Origin: Leptolyngbyaceae cyanobacterium
GTDB taxonomy: Bacteria; Cyanobacteriota; Cyanobacteriia; Phormidesmidales; Phormidesmidaceae
Direction of reading: 5' to 3'
Length of the DNA: 20,103 nt
Assembly (NCBI GenBank): GCA_050331235.1
Contig: JBHJHA010000093.1
Span: forward strand, 1 to 20,103
Shown here: positions 1 to 8,099 of the stretch, piece by piece
Position numbering within the stretch: the stretch's first letter is position 1
Layout of the letters: the number at the start of each line of letters is the position of its first letter
The notes under the pieces: generated by a model
What the model was told of the DNA's origin: nothing
What the model saw: only the letters and a program-made list of their open reading frames with translations
Database searches by the model: none
Program-made: the position numbers and the translations under genes

Positions 1-147
1 GTGCTTCGACACTTAACCTCATCTGCTGATGCTGCCCTCCCATTACTGGTTGAACATTCTGAGGCGGACATCCGCTTGAACACTAGCGGGGAAAGGATTT
101 TGGAGTCCTTTCCAACTCCCCCGACCGACTTCGAGTCGCGCACCTAA
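1..147 (+). CDS. Possible 3' end of a gene entering from the left edge (partial, unknown product)
   Basis: Frame 1 is open from base 1 to TAA at 145-147 (VLRHLTSSADAALPLLVEHSEADIRLNTSGERILESFPTPPTDFESRT*). An inverted repeat follows at 193-233. No recognisable motif. Confidence 0.25.
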   Translation: MLRHLTSSADAALPLLVEHSEADIRLNTSGERILESFPTPPTDFESRT

Positions 148-192
148 CAATTTATTAGAGGGAATATTTCCGCCTAACACAATGACCTCTCC

Positions 193-233
193 AAGCCATC
201 GAAAGACTTACACCATAAAGCTTTCAATGGCTT
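193..233. repeat. 13-bp imperfect inverted repeat (hairpin / possible terminator)
   Basis: AAGCCATCGAAAG (193-205) and CTTTCAATGGCTT (221-233), with one mismatch that is a G-U pair on the minus-strand RNA and a 15-nt loop. Confidence 0.5.
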
Positions 234-574
234 TCAAACCCATTTGAAGATGGGGAATTATGCGGAACGATGTCACCCTTTGCACTGAGATCATCCCCCT
301 TTGAAGTCGTCCCGCTCCGCAAACACCCCAGCCTTGATGAGCGATTTTTCGCTAATCAAGCTCAGCCATATGACACGATTATCTCCATCCTCACGCCCAT
401 TGTGAGCCAATCGCTAGATTGGTTAGTGAACAGCCCAAAAACTTCACTGACTGAAAACGAAAAAACCGGCAACTCAGACAACTGGATTTAGAGTTTTGTC
501 TGAGCCATGCGCGTGTCGCCAATCGGTGCCCTCATTGTAAGCGCGCTGTTTTTCCCGGCTAAGCGCCCACAAGA

Positions 575-2419
575 CTATAAATCGGCCGGTGCCAGCAGCA
601 AGATCCCATCTAGCTGTAGATATTCTTCGCTAAAGGAGACGGTCCCGTTAATCGCTTGAAACGCTGCTACCAGCTTACGAAGCTCCAAAGACTCGATATC
701 TTCCGGGTTGGGAGGAAAAAAGTTATTGAAGAGCGATCGCATCGGAGCAGTGTTGGCATAAAGATAGCCTTGGTTAGCCTCCGGAAAATCGGCCGTTGAC
801 CGCAAAAACCGTAGTGAATTGGGCAGAGCAAACGCCGGCTCGAGTCGCACAATTTCAGCCATGGGCGTCAGACCGTTGGTCAGCATCAGGGTGTTTTGGG
901 TCGGCCAGCTATGGCTTAAAAAACTGATCGGCTCAGCAGTCAACTCGCTAACGCCAAGCGGATCAAAATCTAGTTGCCAACTTGTGACAGGCGTATTGTC
1001 CAGCTCTTGAGAACGCACGGTGGCAAACAGGGGACCAACAGTTTCATCGAGTTGTGCCAGCATTGCTTCAGCCTGGGGGCGATCGCTGGTTTCCAGTGCC
1101 ACTCCTACGCCAATTTGAAACTCCGGCAAAAATGTGGATAAAGGAGTATACTCCGCGGGAAAGAGAAATACGCTAAAACCACCATCCATCCAGCCAAATA
1201 CATCGTTGTCCAGATCCAGCCCCGTGAATGCAGTGAATATATCCCGCCCTTCTTGGAGTAGGGCTGCGGTTTCCTCGTTCGCTTCCATGGTCAGCACCAC
1301 CTCATCCCAGACTTTATCGAGATTTTGACCGTTGATCATGGCATAGCTGTCGCCCGGTACCTGGTTGAGCACAGCCTGGGAAGCTGGCTCCGTCAATGCC
1401 GGCAGCAGCGCCAACAGCGTATCGTCGTAGTAAGCGCGCCCCTGCAAGCGCATGCCTTCCTGGGTGGGGTAGATCAACACTTCGAGGCTGCTGTCGAGCT
1501 GAGCGGCGGCAAACTGAGTCAGATCCTGCGGCGAGAGATTAGGCGGCACAGTCGGCAACTCAAACGGCAGGTCCCAGTCGTTTAAATCAGTGAGTGAATA
1601 TTTCACCAGCTCCGATAGGCGGCCGTAGGCAACCAATAGCGCCCCGTCAAACTGAGGGTGTGCCACCGTCCGCTGAAATTTCTCGTTCTCCGCTAGAGAG
1701 ACGGTTACTCCCTCGGGCTGCAGATCGGCCCACGTTTGCATTGCCGTCAAATTTTCGGTGACGACTATAAAGTCAGGAAAGACTGCGATCGCCAAACTCG
1801 GCACATCGGGAATCGGTTCAGCGGGCAACTCAACCTCGACGTCTTCTTCCGGTAAGGCTTTTTGCAATGGGGAGGGGGGAATTTCAGCCGGCGGTAGTGG
1901 CTCGGGGAGCGGGAGAGCGGGCTCAGATTCCAAGAATTGAGCTTCCCAGTGCAACACCTCAAAGTCTTGATATTGGATTTTTTCGGGGGTTTGCTCCCTT
2001 AGCTCACTAAGGGTAGCAATGAAATCCGGTACTGCGCTCGGCTGAGCCACATCAGCCAACATCACTTCATGATCACTAAAGTTGGTGATGAGGGGTGTTT
2101 CAACGGGTAGCAGCGCGATCGCAATCCCATCACCAATCCAAGGCAACACCGAGCTTTGATAATCCAGGTTGTAAGGCATGAAGGGCAGCGCGCCCTGCTG
2201 GGTAATATCGATGCCCTGGCTTTGTAGCTGTTGCACAAAGGCGTATTGCTCAAGTTGCTGTAGGGTGCTTTCACGCGTATCGATCAAAGTTACAAAAGCC
2301 GTATCTTCTGGCAGATATTCCGCCATGGAGGCCGATGTCGGATCAGCCGCGATACTGCTGCTTGGGAGCAGCAGCGTAGACAGTACAACCGCCGGGGCAA
2401 AACGAGACGCAGTCAGCAC
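575..2419 (-). CDS. DUF3352-like exported/periplasmic protein
   Basis: Long ORF (track 575..2461). The likely start is GTG at 2419, preceded by GAGGA at 7 nt spacing. It has a signal-peptide-like N-terminus (SRFAPAVVLSTLLLPSSSIAA). The segments 'LDYQSSVLPWIGDGIAIA' and 'TGLDLDNDVFGWMDGGFSV' resemble cyanobacterial DUF3352 proteins. Confidence 0.7.
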   Translation of the reverse strand: MLTASRFAPAVVLSTLLLPSSSIAADPTSASMAEYLPEDTAFVTLIDTRESTLQQLEQYAFVQQLQSQGIDITQQGALPFMPYNLDYQSSVLPWIGDGIAIALLPVETPLITNFSDHEVMLADVAQPSAVPDFIATLSELREQTPEKIQYQDFEVLHWEAQFLESEPALPLPEPLPPAEIPPSPLQKALPEEDVEVELPAEPIPDVPSLAIAVFPDFIVVTENLTAMQTWADLQPEGVTVSLAENEKFQRTVAHPQFDGALLVAYGRLSELVKYSLTDLNDWDLPFELPTVPPNLSPQDLTQFAAAQLDSSLEVLIYPTQEGMRLQGRAYYDDTLLALLPALTEPASQAVLNQVPGDSYAMINGQNLDKVWDEVVLTMEANEETAALLQEGRDIFTAFTGLDLDNDVFGWMDGGFSVFLFPAEYTPLSTFLPEFQIGVGVALETSDRPQAEAMLAQLDETVGPLFATVRSQELDNTPVTSWQLDFDPLGVSELTAEPISFLSHSWPTQNTLMLTNGLTPMAEIVRLEPAFALPNSLRFLRSTADFPEANQGYLYANTAPMRSLFNNFFPPNPEDIESLELRKLVAAFQAINGTVSFSEEYLQLDGILLLAPADL

Positions 2420-2580
2420 AAAGGTTTCCTCAAGCACGCTAATGAATGGATACAACACCATCGGTAGTTTTCCCAGACGCTACGGCCAGCACACCGAAGC
2501 CCAGCAATTTCGAGCGATCAGGGTGAGGATCCGTACCGCTTTGTCGCGGTTTCTGCCTGCCTGAAAACAGGTCAAACGCT

Positions 2581-2709
2581 TACGATGAAAGGAGTTGAGC
2601 GACTTAGCTCAACTCCTCAGCTACCAATTGGAGGAAGACAGTTCACCGGCTGCGGCACGGCTATCGCGATCCTCCGTCGACGCAGCGGTTACTCGACTAG
2701 CTGAGTTTT
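2581..2709 (+). promoter_or_regulatory. Putative -10 element and structured 5' leader of htpX
   Basis: TACGAT at 2581-2586. Perfect 11-bp inverted repeat AGGAGTTGAGC/GCTCAACTCCT (2590-2600/2607-2617). Second stem CTCAGCTA/TAGCTGAG (2616-2623/2698-2705) encloses inner stems. Confidence 0.45.
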
Positions 2710-2734
2710 ACCGAAACGGTTGGAGAAGTCATCT

Positions 2735-3601
2735 ATGAATCGAGTCAAAACAGTGGCCCTGCTAGGGCTCTTAAGCGGTCTACTCATCACCATTAGCTAC
2801 AGCGTTTTGGGCGGCGCTACAGGGGCGATCGCCGGCATTGGCCTAGCCGCCGTGATGAATCTCAGCTCCTGGTATTTTTCTGACCGGATTGCCTTAGCGG
2901 CCTATCGAGCCCAGCCCATTGCGGCCTACCAAGCACCTCAACTGCACCAAATAGTGGCCCGATTGGCCCAGCGGGCGGGGATTCCCCAGCCTGACATTTA
3001 CCTCATTCCGGGGGCTGCGGCCAATGCCTTTGCCACGGGGCGCGATCCTGAGCACGGGGCGATCGCGGTGACTGAGGGCATCATCAACCTGCTGCCTGCA
3101 GACGAATTGGAAGGCGTCCTTGCCCATGAGCTGACGCACATTCTCAATCGCGACACCTTGACGCAGGCGGTGGCCGCCACCATTGCCGGGGCCATCTCTT
3201 TCCTCGCCCAGATGCTCAGCTACGCCCTGTGGTTTGGCGGTTTCTCCCGCGATGACGACGGTGCTAATCCATTAGCGCTGCTGGGGACAGTCATCCTGGC
3301 CCCGATTGCAGCCACGGTCTTGCAACTCGGCATTTCTCGAACCCGAGAATTTTCCGCTGATGCTGGGGCTGCCCGACTAACAGGGAATCCGCAGGCCCTA
3401 GCGCGTGCCCTCAGACGATTAGAGGCCAGCGCTCAACGGCGACCTATGGGCGGCAACCCGGCCTTTGAACCGCTGATGATTGTGAACGCCGTACCAAAGC
3501 GCTTTCTGGCGAGTCTATTTTCCACCCATCCGTCTACAGAGGAGCGAGTAGAGCGCCTGGTGGGGATGGCGATCGCGCCGACCCGAGCCTACAGCCTGTA
3601 A
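2735..3601 (+). CDS. htpX: Membrane zinc metalloprotease HtpX (peptidase M48)
   Basis: ATG at 2735 with GGAGA upstream (2722-2726). Two N-terminal TM helices, NAFATGR, the HELTH (HExxH) zinc motif, SRTREFSAD and STHP are all hallmark HtpX motifs. Confidence 0.92.
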   Translation: MNRVKTVALLGLLSGLLITISYSVLGGATGAIAGIGLAAVMNLSSWYFSDRIALAAYRAQPIAAYQAPQLHQIVARLAQRAGIPQPDIYLIPGAAANAFATGRDPEHGAIAVTEGIINLLPADELEGVLAHELTHILNRDTLTQAVAATIAGAISFLAQMLSYALWFGGFSRDDDGANPLALLGTVILAPIAATVLQLGISRTREFSADAGAARLTGNPQALARALRRLEASAQRRPMGGNPAFEPLMIVNAVPKRFLASLFSTHPSTEERVERLVGMAIAPTRAYSL

Positions 3602-3625
3602 ACGGCCAGCAACATGGTTCAATTT

Positions 3626-3658
3626 TCAGGGGTACGGTGCCGTATCCCTGATTTTTTT
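3626..3658 (+). terminator. Rho-independent terminator of htpX
   Basis: Stem TCAGGGGTACG / CGTATCCCTGA with a GTGC loop, followed by TTTTTTT. Confidence 0.85.
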
Positions 3659-3703
3659 GGGGAGCCGATGCCCCCGCAGAGACCTAGCTAGAGGAGACTC
3701 CCA

Positions 3704-4855
3704 ATGACCCAACAGCGAGTCGGCATTATTGGTGGCGGCCAGCTTGCCTGGATGATGGGCTTAGAAGCGCCTCACCTCGATATTGACATCATCGTACAGA
3801 CGCCGCAGCCATCAGACCCGGCAGTGACGGCTGCCAGAGAGACCATCCTGGCTCCGGTGGACGATGCTGGCGGTACTCGGGCGCTCAGTGATCGCTGCCA
3901 GGTCATTACCTTTGAAAATGAGTTTGTCAATCTGGCCACCCTCGCGCCTCTGGAGGCCGATGGTGTCACTTTTCGGCCTCGTCTGACCGCTCTCGAACCG
4001 CTGCTTGACAAATATGTCCAGCGCCAATTTTTAGCCGCTCACAATTTGCCCAATCCGCCCTATGTCGCCTTAGATACGACCACCACTGAGGCCGCTGCCC
4101 GGGCCCTCGCCGAAGACATCGGCTGGCCCCTCATGATGAAAACTCGGCGGCTCGGTTACGACGGTCAAGGCACCTGTAAGGTGAGCGCCCCCAGTGAGCT
4201 GCTCACCACTTGGGCGCAACTTGAGCGGTCCCCTGTTTTGCTAGAAGCCTTTATCCCGTTTGCCAAGGAGCTAGCCGTTATGGTGGCGCGCTCGGCCCAG
4301 GGTGAAATCGCCGTTTATCCCGTAGTGGAAACGCAGCAGATAGACCAAGTCTGTCGCCACGTCATCGCCCCAGCAGCCATTCCTGAATCCGTAGAGCAGA
4401 GAGTCACCGTCATCGCCCAAACGCTCGTTACCGCTCTCGACTTTGTCGGTATTTTGGGCATTGAGCTGTTCCTGCTGCCCGACAGCACCGTGGTTGTTAA
4501 CGAAGTCGCCCCTCGCACCCATAACTCTGGTCATTACACCCTTGATGCCTGCATCACCTCACAGTTTGCGCAGCAGTTGCTGGCCGTTACGGGGCGCACC
4601 CTCGGCAGTACAGGGATGACCTGCCATCGCGCGGTGATGATCAATTTGCTCGGGTTTGAAACGGCTACCAGCGACTATCCTGATGTGCGATCGCGGCTCG
4701 CTGAGCACCCTCGCACCCACGTGCACTGGTATGACAAACAACAGTCCTACCCCGGTCGTAAATTGGGTCATGTCACCGTCTGTCTAACACCTACGGAGAA
4801 TGTGGCCACCGTGATCCAGACGATTGAGTCACTGTGGTATCCATCCGAGTCGTAA
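3704..4855 (+). CDS. purK: N5-carboxyaminoimidazole ribonucleotide synthase (ATP-grasp)
   Basis: GIIGGGQLAWM, ITFENE, GYDGQG, NEVAPRTHNSGH and GRKLGHVT motifs. SD GAGGAG at 3691-3696. Confidence 0.96.
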   Translation: MTQQRVGIIGGGQLAWMMGLEAPHLDIDIIVQTPQPSDPAVTAARETILAPVDDAGGTRALSDRCQVITFENEFVNLATLAPLEADGVTFRPRLTALEPLLDKYVQRQFLAAHNLPNPPYVALDTTTTEAAARALAEDIGWPLMMKTRRLGYDGQGTCKVSAPSELLTTWAQLERSPVLLEAFIPFAKELAVMVARSAQGEIAVYPVVETQQIDQVCRHVIAPAAIPESVEQRVTVIAQTLVTALDFVGILGIELFLLPDSTVVVNEVAPRTHNSGHYTLDACITSQFAQQLLAVTGRTLGSTGMTCHRAVMINLLGFETATSDYPDVRSRLAEHPRTHVHWYDKQQSYPGRKLGHVTVCLTPTENVATVIQTIESLWYPSES

Positions 4856-4885
4856 TTCCCTCCCAGAGAAATTCGTATCACCCCC

Positions 4886-4916
4886 TTGCGATCGCCCCGG
4901 CTGTGTTGGTTATGAT
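4886..4916 (+). promoter_or_regulatory. Putative promoter of 6S RNA
   Basis: -10-like TATGAT at 4911-4916, about 10 nt upstream of the 6S closing stem. A -35-like TTGCGA at 4886-4891 has a long 19-nt spacer. Confidence 0.55.
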
Positions 4917-4925
4917 GTCCAAAGA

Positions 4926-5103
4926 TTCACTGCGGCGTTGGTGACTGCCAATACTGTTTGTCGATCTATGCTTTGTCTCAACGGGAATCGAGAAGTGCTG
5001 ATGGCAGTAAACCGAGCTTGTACTCGGAAACTTAAAATCGGTGCCAGCATTCCCACCTGGTTCTTCCAGGTCGGAAACTGAGGTAAGACGGCGTTGCGGT
5101 GAA
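4926..5103 (+). ncRNA. ssaA: 6S RNA (cyanobacterial 6Sa)
   Basis: About 180 nt. The 5' TTCACTGCGGCGTT pairs fully (with G-U) with the 3' GGCGTTGCGGTGAA. It contains GCGTTGGTGACTGCCAATACTG and the internal hairpins CCGAG..CTCGG and ACCTGG..CCAGGT that I recognise from cyanobacterial 6S RNA. Its position directly downstream of purK is the known cyanobacterial arrangement. Confidence 0.9.
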
Positions 5104-5122
5104 CCCCTAATTTTTGGATTGC

Positions 5123-5150
5123 CCCTTTCTGCTGAGCAGAGAGGGTTTTT
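5123..5150 (+). terminator. Rho-independent terminator of 6S RNA
   Basis: CCCTTTCTGC-TGA-GCAGAGAGGG followed by TTTTT. Confidence 0.85.
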
Positions 5151-5399
5151 ATTTAGGATCAGTTATTGAGGGCCAGTGTCTTTAAGGAAGGTTAAGGCAA
5201 ACCTGATTCTTGCTATGAAGAACGAGCAAAATTCGCTACGCTAACAGCACATTCATCGCGCCTAAGTGTCCTTAACCGTTTGAGCTGTGTTGGTGGTTGG
5301 CCTAGCCTCACTGTAAAAGGTTTGACATTCAGCGATACGGCCTTCTGATTAGATGAGTCTGGCAAGTATAAAGTTTGACGGTCTCCTCAATTCTCATGC

Positions 5400-6722
5400 T
5401 TGAGATTGTCACTACGTTTGCTGTTTGCCCCTACATTGACGATCGCGCCCCTTTTGCCCTTGACTTCTTCACCCCTCACTTTTCCAGCCACGGTCAATCA
5501 ATTACCCAATGGGTTGACCCTGGTGCATCAGCACATGCCTGTAACCCCCGTCGTTGTCGCTGATATCTGGATTGACGCAGGCGCTGTTCGGGAACCCCAA
5601 CCGTGGGCAGGTATGGCCCATTTTTTAGAACATATGGTGTTTAAGGGCACTGAGCGCCTGCTACCTGGCATGTTTGATTATGCGATCGAAACCCAGGGAG
5701 GGTTTAGCAACGCTGCCACGAGTCACGATTATGCGCACTTTTATATGGCGCTGGCGGCGGAGGGACTGCCCCAAGCCCTGCCTTATTTAGCTGATTTAGT
5801 CCTCCATGCCGCCATTCCAGAAGCCGAATTTGTGCGCGAGCGGCAGGTCGTGCTAGAGGAAATTCGCCAGGCACAGGACGATCCCGATTGGTTAGGATTT
5901 CAAGCGTTATCACAACAGGTTTTTCCTGACCATGCCTACGGTCGTCCTGTCCTCGGTACAGCAGAGGTCTTAGCGCAGCAGTCTCCAGAGGAGATGCGGC
6001 ATTTTCATCGCGCCCACTATCAGCCTGACAATATGACCGTGGTGATAGCGGGGGGCATCCCTTTAGAAGCGACCCTAGGATTGGTCAGCGATACCTTTCA
6101 ATCATTTGCGCCGCTGCCGCCTCAGCCCCCACCGCCGGATACCGGCCGAGTTGATCTCTGGTGGGGGGTCCGGCGACAGGTCTTAAACATTCCTCGTTTA
6201 GAGCACGCCCGGCTGACAATGGCTTGGCTCGGCCCTGGGGTCGAAGACTTAGATGCCGCCTGCGGGATGGATATCTTGTCAGCACTGCTCGCTGAAGGTC
6301 GCAGTGCTCGCCTCGTTCGAGAACTCCGCGAAGAACGACAGTGGGTACTCGAGATTGCCAGCAGTTTTTCTCTACAAAGAGACAGCAGCTTATTTACTTT
6401 ACAGGCATGGCTAGATCCAGACCGGGTTGATGCAGTCGAGGCGTTGATTTGCGATCGCCTCTCGGCATTAGCCCAGCAGCCGATCACACCTGGTGAGTTG
6501 GAACGGGCCAAGCGTCTATTGATCAATGACTTCGCTTTTTCTACCGAAACGCCGGGACAACTAGCCGGACTCTACGGCTACTACAGTGTCGTGGCGACCC
6601 CCGCTGACAGTTATGCCTATCCGGCCCGCATTCGTGCCCATACACCGGATACGGTCATGACCTTAGTCAAAAGTTTTCTGTCAACCAACAGCTATGCCTC
6701 TACAGTGTTGTTGCCAGCGTAA
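5400..6722 (+). CDS. M16 family (pitrilysin/insulinase-like) zinc peptidase, catalytic subunit
   Basis: LPNGL N-terminus, inverted zinc motif HFLEH (HxxEH), NAATSHD, ERQVVLEE and HAYGRPVLG. The start is uncertain (TTG at 5400 or a later TTG such as 5460). Confidence 0.9.
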   Translation: MRLSLRLLFAPTLTIAPLLPLTSSPLTFPATVNQLPNGLTLVHQHMPVTPVVVADIWIDAGAVREPQPWAGMAHFLEHMVFKGTERLLPGMFDYAIETQGGFSNAATSHDYAHFYMALAAEGLPQALPYLADLVLHAAIPEAEFVRERQVVLEEIRQAQDDPDWLGFQALSQQVFPDHAYGRPVLGTAEVLAQQSPEEMRHFHRAHYQPDNMTVVIAGGIPLEATLGLVSDTFQSFAPLPPQPPPPDTGRVDLWWGVRRQVLNIPRLEHARLTMAWLGPGVEDLDAACGMDILSALLAEGRSARLVRELREERQWVLEIASSFSLQRDSSLFTLQAWLDPDRVDAVEALICDRLSALAQQPITPGELERAKRLLINDFAFSTETPGQLAGLYGYYSVVATPADSYAYPARIRAHTPDTVMTLVKSFLSTNSYASTVLLPA

Positions 6723-6833
6723 TCGTTGCCTCGCGACCGCCTGGCGCTGACTGCCGCGCAGTTGTCGTCGCCGTCCTAACGGTTGCGCCGGTTCTATTCT
6801 GTTCCATTGTTTTTTTGCTTTGAGTCCCTTCCT

Positions 6834-8099
6834 ATGACCCTCTCTCCGCCGATTCCGCGACCCGCCTTGCACCGATCCGTGTTGGCCAATGGCCTGACCG
6901 TGATTGTCGTCGAAAACCCTGTGGCTGATATTGTGTCGGCGCGGCTCTTGATCAAAGCAGGCACTGGACAAGAAGCGCGATCGCAGGCGGGGCTCTTTAG
7001 CCTGCTGTCTTCTCTACTCACCAAAGGGACCCATCATCAGTCCTCGATGGAGATTGCCGAACGGGTAGAATCCGTCGGGGCCAGTCTGGGCAGCGATGCC
7101 TCCGCCGATTACAGCCTCGTCAGTTTAAAGACCGTGACGGCGGACTTCGCAGAAATTTTGGCGTTAGCGGCGGAGATGGTCCGCTATCCTAGCTTTCCTG
7201 AGGCCGAGCTCGATTTAGAACGACGGTTGACCCTCCAAAGCATTCGCTCGATGCAGGAGCAGCCGTTTACCCTGGCTTATAACGCTCTGCGTGGGGCCAT
7301 GTATGGCGAGCATCCCTATGGTTTGCCGGGCATCGGTACTGAGGCTAGTGTGAATCAGCTCAGTCGTGACGATCTGCTTCAGGCTCACAGCACTTTTTAT
7401 CGACCTGACAACTGTGTGTTGATGGTCGCTGGTAATATCAAGCCCGCACCGGCGATCGCGCTGATCGAGGCATGCCTGGGCGATTGGCAACCGCCTGCGG
7501 AGGCGATACCACCTCGTCTGTATCCCCCCATACCCACCACCAGCACCCACCAGATCCTGCAGCAGCCGACGAATCAAGCGATTATCGCGGTAGGATATCT
7601 GGCTCCGTCGGTCAAGGAGTCGGCCTACGCCATCCTAAAACTGATTAGCACTTATTTGGGCAATGGCCTATCCAGCCGCTTATTTGTTGAGCTGCGGGAA
7701 AAACGCGGTCTTGCCTACGATGTCTCGGCTTTCTACCCAACCCGGTTGAGCCATTCGCAGTTTGTCACCCACCTGGGGACCGCCCCGGATAATCAAGCGA
7801 TCGCCCTCGAAGGCCTGCGCCATGAAACTGAACGTCTTGGCAATGAGGGCATCAGCGCTGAGGACTTGCAGGCGGCAAAAAACAAACTGCTCGGACAGTA
7901 CGCCTTGGGTAAACAAACCAACGCTCAACTCGGTCAGCTCCTCGGCTGGTATGAAGTGTTAGGGCTCGGCGTCGAGTTTGATAAGGCCTTTCAAGAGACG
8001 GTGCGCGTGGTAACCCCTGACGATGTGCAAGCCGTGGCCGTGCAATATCTGCGAGATCCTTTTACCGTGGTCCTCGGGCCTCACGCTGCTGCTGAATAA
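6834..8099 (+). CDS. M16 family peptidase, non-catalytic partner subunit
   Basis: ATG at 6834 (MTLSPP..LANGL). M16 fold motifs HPYG and SRLFVELREKRGLAY are present, but the HxxEH position is replaced by SLLSS. Confidence 0.88.
   Translation: MTLSPPIPRPALHRSVLANGLTVIVVENPVADIVSARLLIKAGTGQEARSQAGLFSLLSSLLTKGTHHQSSMEIAERVESVGASLGSDASADYSLVSLKTVTADFAEILALAAEMVRYPSFPEAELDLERRLTLQSIRSMQEQPFTLAYNALRGAMYGEHPYGLPGIGTEASVNQLSRDDLLQAHSTFYRPDNCVLMVAGNIKPAPAIALIEACLGDWQPPAEAIPPRLYPPIPTTSTHQILQQPTNQAIIAVGYLAPSVKESAYAILKLISTYLGNGLSSRLFVELREKRGLAYDVSAFYPTRLSHSQFVTHLGTAPDNQAIALEGLRHETERLGNEGISAEDLQAAKNKLLGQYALGKQTNAQLGQLLGWYEVLGLGVEFDKAFQETVRVVTPDDVQAVAVQYLRDPFTVVLGPHAAAE

Noticed and set aside
193..306. CRISPR-repeat-like ends (ATTGAAAG/TTTGAAAG on the minus strand) and a CCC(A/C)TTTGAAG duplication
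   Set aside because: There are no regularly spaced 30-37-bp repeats with spacers and no cas genes. An isolated hairpin explains it.
250..330. TPP-riboswitch-like fragment GGGG...CTGAGATCATCCCC.TTTGAA
   Set aside because: The pyrophosphate-binding arm (ACCTGAT...TAAT...GCG.AGG) is missing, and no credible + strand thiamine gene follows.
270..491. 73-aa ORF
   Set aside because: No recognisable motif, no clear RBS and unremarkable composition. Probably spurious, though not excluded.
1133..1141. Perfect E. coli-type DnaA box (TTATCCACA on the minus strand)
   Set aside because: A single isolated copy inside a CDS, compatible with chance.
4824..5081. 85-aa ORF downstream of purK
   Set aside because: It overlaps the 6S RNA, which explains the region better.
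5181..5198. TTAAGG direct repeat resembling a Pho box upstream of the M16 genes
   Set aside because: The period is 10 bp rather than the 11 bp of SphR/PhoB boxes, and there are only two units.
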